Assembly: GCA_963710375.1 (NCBI GenBank)
Contig: CAVPZX010000004.1
Coordinates: 32,001 to 96,000, forward strand
Source of the DNA: Nitrospirota bacterium
GTDB lineage: Bacteria; Nitrospirota; Thermodesulfovibrionia; Thermodesulfovibrionales; Dissulfurispiraceae
Length of the DNA stretch: 64,000 nucleotides
Direction: 5' to 3'
Part shown: positions 58,736-64,000 of the stretch, in pieces
Layout: each line of letters opens with the position of its first letter
Numbering within the stretch: the first letter of the stretch is position 1
The notes under the pieces: generated by a model
Database searches by the model: none
What the model saw: only the letters and a program-made list of their open reading frames with translations
What the model was told of the DNA's origin: nothing
Position numbers and translations under genes: made by a program

Positions 58736-58961
58736 GGAGAGAGGGGGACTCTCTCTCTGACCTTTCTCCATGTAAGGTGCTCGGTACGGGAGAAAGGAAC
58801 CTCGAAAGAGGCGAAGGGACTGCAGAAGACAGCCCCGGGTTAGCTGCCGGAAATGAAGCAATGCGGTATCGGCGGCTAACCAAAGAGGTTACCAGGCGTG
58901 TTCTGGCAACCTTTAAAAAGTGAGGTAGGCGGCTTAGGTGCCATCTACCTCTTGTTTTTTT
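58736..58961 (+). ncRNA. Candidate structured non-coding RNA of unknown family
   Basis: Lies between the promoter and an intrinsic terminator; six tandem hairpins plus the terminator stem; no convincing ORF. Confidence 0.65.
58922..58961 (+). terminator. Rho-independent terminator
   Basis: GAGGTAGGCGGC-TTAGGT-GCCATCTACCTC followed by TTGTTTTTTT. Confidence 0.8.
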
Positions 58962-59203
58962 GTAGTGGGCCAATTTGTCGCACCCGATGAAAAAGGTATG
59001 CGCATACCAGTCGACGGGCCAAAAAGTGTCCTTTTAAAATTCATCCTTAATCAATCGAAGAAAACAAAGACAAGGCATACTTCAAAATGTATCCCATTAA
59101 CAGCCGGGTTGAGGCCTGGCTCAAAGGAGAGTTGGGGATATAGTTAACGCAAAGATAACATTGCTGTAATATAGCGGTAACGTTCGTTTGTTATAAATAA
59201 TGC

Positions 59204-61648
59204 ATGGCTAAATTTTACAAGGCCGACCTGCATGTGCATTCAAGCCATTCCAACAAGCCCTCAGTGTGGGCGCTGAGAAAGTTTAATTGTCCCGAAAGCT
59301 ACACATCTCCGATGTACATTTATAATACCGCCAAAAAGAAGGGGATGGATTATGTGACCATAACAGACCATAACTCCATTGGCGGCGCTCTCGAGATAGC
59401 CCATCTCCCCGGCGCATTCATAAGCGCTGAAATGACAACCTACCTCCCCGATGACGGGAGCAAGCTGCATGTGGTTGCCCTGAACATTAATGAAGATATT
59501 TTTAATGATCTGATGCATTTGAGGACAAATATATATGATCTGACCGGATACCTGCGGCAGCACAATATCGTGCACTATATAGCCCACCCTCTTTATGACA
59601 TGAACGAGCGGCTCTCTGTTGTCACGATAGAGAAGCTCCTCCTCCTCTTTGAAGTATTTGAGACGAAAAACGGTTCGAGGGCCAAACGCTACAGCAGGCT
59701 GATTGCGAACATGCTCTCCTCGCTTACGAGGGAAAAGATGGAACAACTTGCCAATAAGCACGGCATTGTACCATACGGTGAACTTCCCTGGATAAAATCG
59801 GTCGTTGCAGGCTCTGACGACCATAGCGGTTTCTTCGTCGGAAGGGCATACACGGCGTCAAAAAGCGGAGAGACCCTTGAGGATTTTATCAAATCGATCA
59901 CGGAACAAAAGACATGGGCTGCAGGCGACGACGGCGATGCGTTGACCCTCGCTCACAGCATTTACGGCATCGGCTACCGTTTTTTCAAGGAGCGTTTTGA
60001 TACTAAGAAAGGCAGTTCTTTTCCTTTCATCAATGCACTGCTTAACAGGGTGTTCAACTCGCACCAGGAGAAGTCTTCTCTCATCGATAAAATTAATCTT
60101 CTTATCAGGAAAAACATCCCCGAGATGTACAGCGGTTATGACGGAAAAACGTTCGAAGAAATCCTTGACCGGGAAGCCAGGCTATTGTTGAACGATGCTA
60201 AATTCCTCGAGACCATCAACACCGCCAGTATAAACAGGAAGGTGTTTACTGTTACGAGCTATCTTGCAAACAGGCTTATATACATCTATACTGAGCGGTT
60301 GACCCGTATGCAGCTATCCACGGGTATTCTGAATATTGCAAATTCATTGAGCACCATAGGCTTCGTTCATCTCCTGGCATCTCCTTATTATATTTCTTTC
60401 CATCACCAGCACAGAAGCAAACAGTTGATCAAGTCCCTTGAAGAGGAGTTCCTGCCGGACAGCAAAGCGGGAGACAGACAGAAGATTGCACTCTTTACCG
60501 ATACGCTCCATGAAATCAACGGTGTTGCAATGACCATAAAAAGACTAATCGAGACAGCAAGAAAACAGGGTATAGAGTTAGTGGTTATCACTTCAACCAA
60601 TGAAGAAACGGGCTTCAAAGATGGTGTAATGAACTTCAAATCCATCGGCGACTTCGCTCTTCCGGAGTACCCGGACCTTAAGCTCCACTTCCCGCCAATT
60701 CTCGATATCATAGATTATTTCGAAAAGGAAGAATTCAGCAGGATACATGTGAGCACGCCTGGAACACTCGGTCTCTTAGCCCTTTTCATTGCCAAACTTA
60801 TGTATATGCCTATATCAGGCACTTATCACACCGATATCCCTCAGTATGTAAAGAGTCTCACCAATGATACCTTTCTGGAAAATGTTGCCTGGAACTATAT
60901 GATATGGTTTTACAACCTGATGGAAGAGGTGATGGTCCCTTCATCAAGCACCAGAGAGCAACTCATTCAAAGAGGGCTCGCAGCCGGAAAAGCAAAACCG
61001 CTGCCCAGATGGGTAGATACGGATATATTCTCTCCTGCAAAGAAGGACCCTTACCTCTGGCGCAGATACGGGTTGGATGACTCCGTCAAATTCCTTTATG
61101 TCGGAAGGGTTTCAAAAGAGAAGAATCTTGAGATACTTGCCACATCTTTTATGGCCATTATAGATGCCGGGAATACATGCGATTTAATTATCGCGGGTGA
61201 CGGACCTTACAGGAAAGAGCTTGAGCAGATGCTGCAAGGGTATCCGGTGCTGTTTACCGGCTTCCTTTCGGGTGCAGAATTGCATACCACCTATGCGTCA
61301 TCGGATGTTTTTGTTTTTCCGAGCACTACCGATACATTCGGTAATGTAGTGCTTGAGGCACAGGCATCCGGTCTGCCGGTTATCGTCTCTGACGAAGGGG
61401 GACCGAAAGAGTTGATCCTGGATGGCAGAACAGGCATAGTAGTAAAGGCCCACAGCAGCCGGGCACTGATTGACGCCATGAGCTTCTTCTTAAGAGACAG
61501 GCTCGTCATATCCCGGATGGGGATGGAAGCGCGTTATTTTACCGAAAACAGCGGAATTCGTGCCAACGAAGCATACTGTACCATACTCCGTAGCAATTCT
61601 ATAAGTGGAGAACTATGTCCCGCGCAGGGAAACCCGGTACAGGCATAA
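59204..61648 (+). CDS. PHP-domain plus GT4 glycosyltransferase fusion
   Basis: DLHVHS, ITDHN, AHP, GSDDH; C-terminal NGVA, YVGRVSKEKN, FPSTTDTFGNVVLEAQASG. Confidence 0.88.
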   Translation: MAKFYKADLHVHSSHSNKPSVWALRKFNCPESYTSPMYIYNTAKKKGMDYVTITDHNSIGGALEIAHLPGAFISAEMTTYLPDDGSKLHVVALNINEDIFNDLMHLRTNIYDLTGYLRQHNIVHYIAHPLYDMNERLSVVTIEKLLLLFEVFETKNGSRAKRYSRLIANMLSSLTREKMEQLANKHGIVPYGELPWIKSVVAGSDDHSGFFVGRAYTASKSGETLEDFIKSITEQKTWAAGDDGDALTLAHSIYGIGYRFFKERFDTKKGSSFPFINALLNRVFNSHQEKSSLIDKINLLIRKNIPEMYSGYDGKTFEEILDREARLLLNDAKFLETINTASINRKVFTVTSYLANRLIYIYTERLTRMQLSTGILNIANSLSTIGFVHLLASPYYISFHHQHRSKQLIKSLEEEFLPDSKAGDRQKIALFTDTLHEINGVAMTIKRLIETARKQGIELVVITSTNEETGFKDGVMNFKSIGDFALPEYPDLKLHFPPILDIIDYFEKEEFSRIHVSTPGTLGLLALFIAKLMYMPISGTYHTDIPQYVKSLTNDTFLENVAWNYMIWFYNLMEEVMVPSSSTREQLIQRGLAAGKAKPLPRWVDTDIFSPAKKDPYLWRRYGLDDSVKFLYVGRVSKEKNLEILATSFMAIIDAGNTCDLIIAGDGPYRKELEQMLQGYPVLFTGFLSGAELHTTYASSDVFVFPSTTDTFGNVVLEAQASGLPVIVSDEGGPKELILDGRTGIVVKAHSSRALIDAMSFFLRDRLVISRMGMEARYFTENSGIRANEAYCTILRSNSISGELCPAQGNPVQA

Positions 61649-62886
61649 GGCATATTCTTTTTCCTCTTCTCAGGAACAGGGTACCCGGGCAACTTATCAT
61701 ACAGTATACCGACAAATGCAATGCGCGGTGCCCCCAGTGCGGGATGAGAGTCACTGAACCGTTCAGACGCTCAACACTCCAACTCGACTCGGTCAAGAGA
61801 ATGATCGACCACGCTGCAGAAAATGGCGTGAATGCTATTTCCTTCACAGGAGGAGAGCCGTTTCTTTTCTTTGATGATGTTATGGAGCTTGTCATGTATG
61901 CCGGTGAAGCCGGAATCAAATATACAAGGACCGGCACTAACGGGTTTATATTCATGCATTCAGATAAACCTGACTTTGCCTCCCGGATCAGGAGGATTGC
62001 CGAGGGTATCGCAGCCTCCGGTCTCTATACGTTCTGGATAAGCATAGATTCTGCCGTCCCCTTTTTGCATGAAAGCATGCGGGGACTGCCGGGAGTTGTT
62101 GAAGGCATAGAAAAGGCCCTGCCCATATTCAGTGAATACGGAATCTATCCTTCTGCGAACCTTGGTATAAACAGGAATACAGGAGGATTGCCTCACGGTC
62201 CGGCCGAAACTGGTTACCCGCAGCTCTATGAATCGTTTAAAGCGGCGTTCGAAAAATTTTACAGTAAGGTAATCGATCTTGGGTTTACCATTGTCAATGC
62301 CTGTTACCCAATGAGCGTTGATACAGATGATGCCGGGGGACTGGATGCAGTATATGGCGCCACATCCGGGGCTTCACTCATTCAATTCAACAGGCAGGAG
62401 CGTGCCCTGGTGTTCAAGGCGCTTTTTGATACTATCCCCGCATACCGGTCAAAGATACGGATATTCTCTCCGAGGACATCTCTTTACTCTCTCATCAGGC
62501 AGCATACTCTCGATGAAAGCTACTGCTTTTCCTGCAGGGGCGGCATTGAATACTTTTTTGTCAATGCAGGTGACGGCAATACTTATCCGTGCGGTTATCG
62601 CGGGACAGACAATCTCGGTAAATTCTGGGAGCTTGATTTCAAAAAACTCGACAAAAAAGCCGAGTGCAGAAGATGTGATTGGGAATGTTTCAGGGACCCG
62701 TCGGAACTGTCCGGGCCGCTCCTGGCTCTTTTCTGCAATCCGGCGTTCTTCGTCAAGCGTGTTATTAAAGATACTGCATATATGAAACTATGGCTTGAGG
62801 ATCTCAGATACTTTGCCGCATGTGATTTCTTCAATGGAGGAACTGCACCGGATTATAAAAAAATGTCGGCATTCGCGCTTCAATGA
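61615..62886 (+). CDS. Radical SAM protein with SPASM/twitch-like C-terminus
   Basis: CNARCPQC, FTGGEP, CRGG...YPCG...CRRCDWEC. Confidence 0.85.
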   Translation: MSRAGKPGTGIRHILFPLLRNRVPGQLIIQYTDKCNARCPQCGMRVTEPFRRSTLQLDSVKRMIDHAAENGVNAISFTGGEPFLFFDDVMELVMYAGEAGIKYTRTGTNGFIFMHSDKPDFASRIRRIAEGIAASGLYTFWISIDSAVPFLHESMRGLPGVVEGIEKALPIFSEYGIYPSANLGINRNTGGLPHGPAETGYPQLYESFKAAFEKFYSKVIDLGFTIVNACYPMSVDTDDAGGLDAVYGATSGASLIQFNRQERALVFKALFDTIPAYRSKIRIFSPRTSLYSLIRQHTLDESYCFSCRGGIEYFFVNAGDGNTYPCGYRGTDNLGKFWELDFKKLDKKAECRRCDWECFRDPSELSGPLLALFCNPAFFVKRVIKDTAYMKLWLEDLRYFAACDFFNGGTAPDYKKMSAFALQ

Positions 62887-63557
62887 TTAAGTGGTTATAT
62901 CCACTCATAATAGTTTTCGCGCTTACCGGATATGTAAAGGCATCTGACGCCCCTACACTTGAAGTTGGTTTTAAGGGTGCGCTCGAAAAGAACGGCTTGC
63001 CTGCGTCATGGAGCCTCACCGTGCGAACAGGAACGGCGGATGCCGGCATCGTCCCTGAGGGGGACCGGCAAATTCTTCACGTCAAGTGCGTAGAAGCTTC
63101 CTTTTCTTTAGAGCGAAGTATGCAGGTTGATCCGGCTGACTATCCGTATATCAGTTGGACGTGGAAGGCTGTGCGGCTGCCTCTGCTGGGGGATGTGCGC
63201 AAGAAAGAATTTAATGATCAGGCATTACAACTGCTTGTCGCCTTTGAAAACAGAAGAGTGCTGAGCTATATCTGGGATTCAAATGCTCCTGAAGGGGCGG
63301 TTATCGATGAATCCATTGGGTGGCCCGTAAATCTTGCAATTAGGGTAATAGTAGTAAAGTCGGGCCCGGCTGATGCAGGAAAATGGATCACTCATACGAG
63401 AAATATTTACGAGGATTACAAAAGATTTTTTAATGAGCCGCCTCCACGCGTAAAGGGAGTGAGGATACAATCGAATACGCAGTATACGGAAGACACTGCC
63501 GAAGGCTTTGTGCGTAATATTGTTTTCAGCAGATATTTGCAGGCATTGGCAAAATAG
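62883..63557 (+). CDS. DUF3047-family secreted protein
   Basis: Signal peptide; YPYISWTWK, LSYIWDS, W.THTRNIYEDYKRFF. Confidence 0.75.
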   Translation: MIKWLYPLIIVFALTGYVKASDAPTLEVGFKGALEKNGLPASWSLTVRTGTADAGIVPEGDRQILHVKCVEASFSLERSMQVDPADYPYISWTWKAVRLPLLGDVRKKEFNDQALQLLVAFENRRVLSYIWDSNAPEGAVIDESIGWPVNLAIRVIVVKSGPADAGKWITHTRNIYEDYKRFFNEPPPRVKGVRIQSNTQYTEDTAEGFVRNIVFSRYLQALAK

Positions 63558-63571
63558 GAAGTTCTTCGGTG

Positions 63572-63755
63572 ATTCAGACAGTGGACAAGTCTCCTACGCT
63601 CAGACGCTGCGTCCTGACAGTTCCAGAGGCTTGTTCGCTACAGTCACTAAACTCGCCCTGCGGGCTCAAACATAGCGACTGTTTAACGCTCTCTTCGCCA
63701 AGAACTGTTGCCAGGACTCCGCGATTCGCTCCTGGGACTTGTCCACTGTCTGAAT
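63572..63755. repeat. Palindromic MITE-like element, family B copy 2
   Basis: Perfect 20-bp inverted repeat ATTCAGACAGTGGACAAGTC; interior homologous to 11664-11863. Confidence 0.85.
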
Positions 63756-63870
63756 TGCGGAAGATGTTCTTATCCCGCGTTGACATTTTTATTCCTTTTG
63801 GCGACAATTAATTAATGAAACCCTGCATTCTTGTCACGTCATTCCTCCCTCTCATTTCTGTCTGCGGGAA

Positions 63871-64000
63871 ATGAAAAAAAGTTTACAGTTCGTTGTCATT
63901 CTTGCCTTGACAGCGCTGACCGTTTCAGTGCTCTACGCTTTCCGCACTCTCGATGACGACCGGTTAACCAGCTGGGTGTGGGTGTTTGGCACGGTCAGCT
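63871..64000 (+). CDS. Membrane protein, N-terminal fragment; runs off the window end
   Basis: MKKSLQFVVILALTALTVSVLYAFRTLDDDRLTSWVWVF, open to the end. Confidence 0.55.
   Translation, partial: MKKSLQFVVILALTALTVSVLYAFRTLDDDRLTSWVWVFGTVS

Noticed and set aside
58729..58923. 64-aa ORF over the candidate ncRNA
   Set aside because: TTG start overlaps the -10 box upstream of the predicted transcription start, there is no RBS, and the sequence is explained by base pairing
58736..58961. RNase P RNA or c-di-AMP/c-di-GMP riboswitch identity for the structured RNA
   Set aside because: Only loose local resemblance (GCAGAAGACAG, GGCTAACC); the GAGGAAAGUCC P4 motif and riboswitch cores are absent

Overview
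A 64-kb bacterial chromosomal window, mostly housekeeping and accessory genes. Gene content suggests an anaerobic Nitrospirota (Thermodesulfovibrionia)-like or deltaproteobacteria-like organism; this is inference from RACo/ASKHA, DUF3786, futalosine-pathway mqnC/mqnE and HARP. Recognisable genes include large-form purL (split by two apparent 1-bp insertions), a cysE-cysS in-frame fusion, rlmB, rlmH, rsfS, uvrA, mqnC/mqnE, protein-only RNase P (HARP), malic enzyme, a LexA-like/Y-family polymerase cassette, a DUF433/PIN toxin-antitoxin pair, a TonB-dependent uptake operon, hsp20 with a CIRCE element, initiator tRNA-Met and several signalling proteins. The best leads are: (1) an unannotated ~225-nt intergenic RNA at 58736-58961 with a near-consensus sigma70 promoter, six tandem hairpins and an intrinsic terminator; (2) a His/CxxC-rich leader peptide ending in RAPP, behind a Fur-family-like operator, ahead of the TonB operon; (3) several families of ~170-200-bp palindromic elements whose arms vary while staying complementary around conserved cores; (4) a STAND-like ATPase fused to an RsbW-type kinase next to a STAS protein; (5) the cysE-cysS fusion. 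Four apparent single-base insertions suggest sequence errors, so frameshift and fusion claims need read-level checks. No CRISPR array, rRNA, transposase or prophage was seen.
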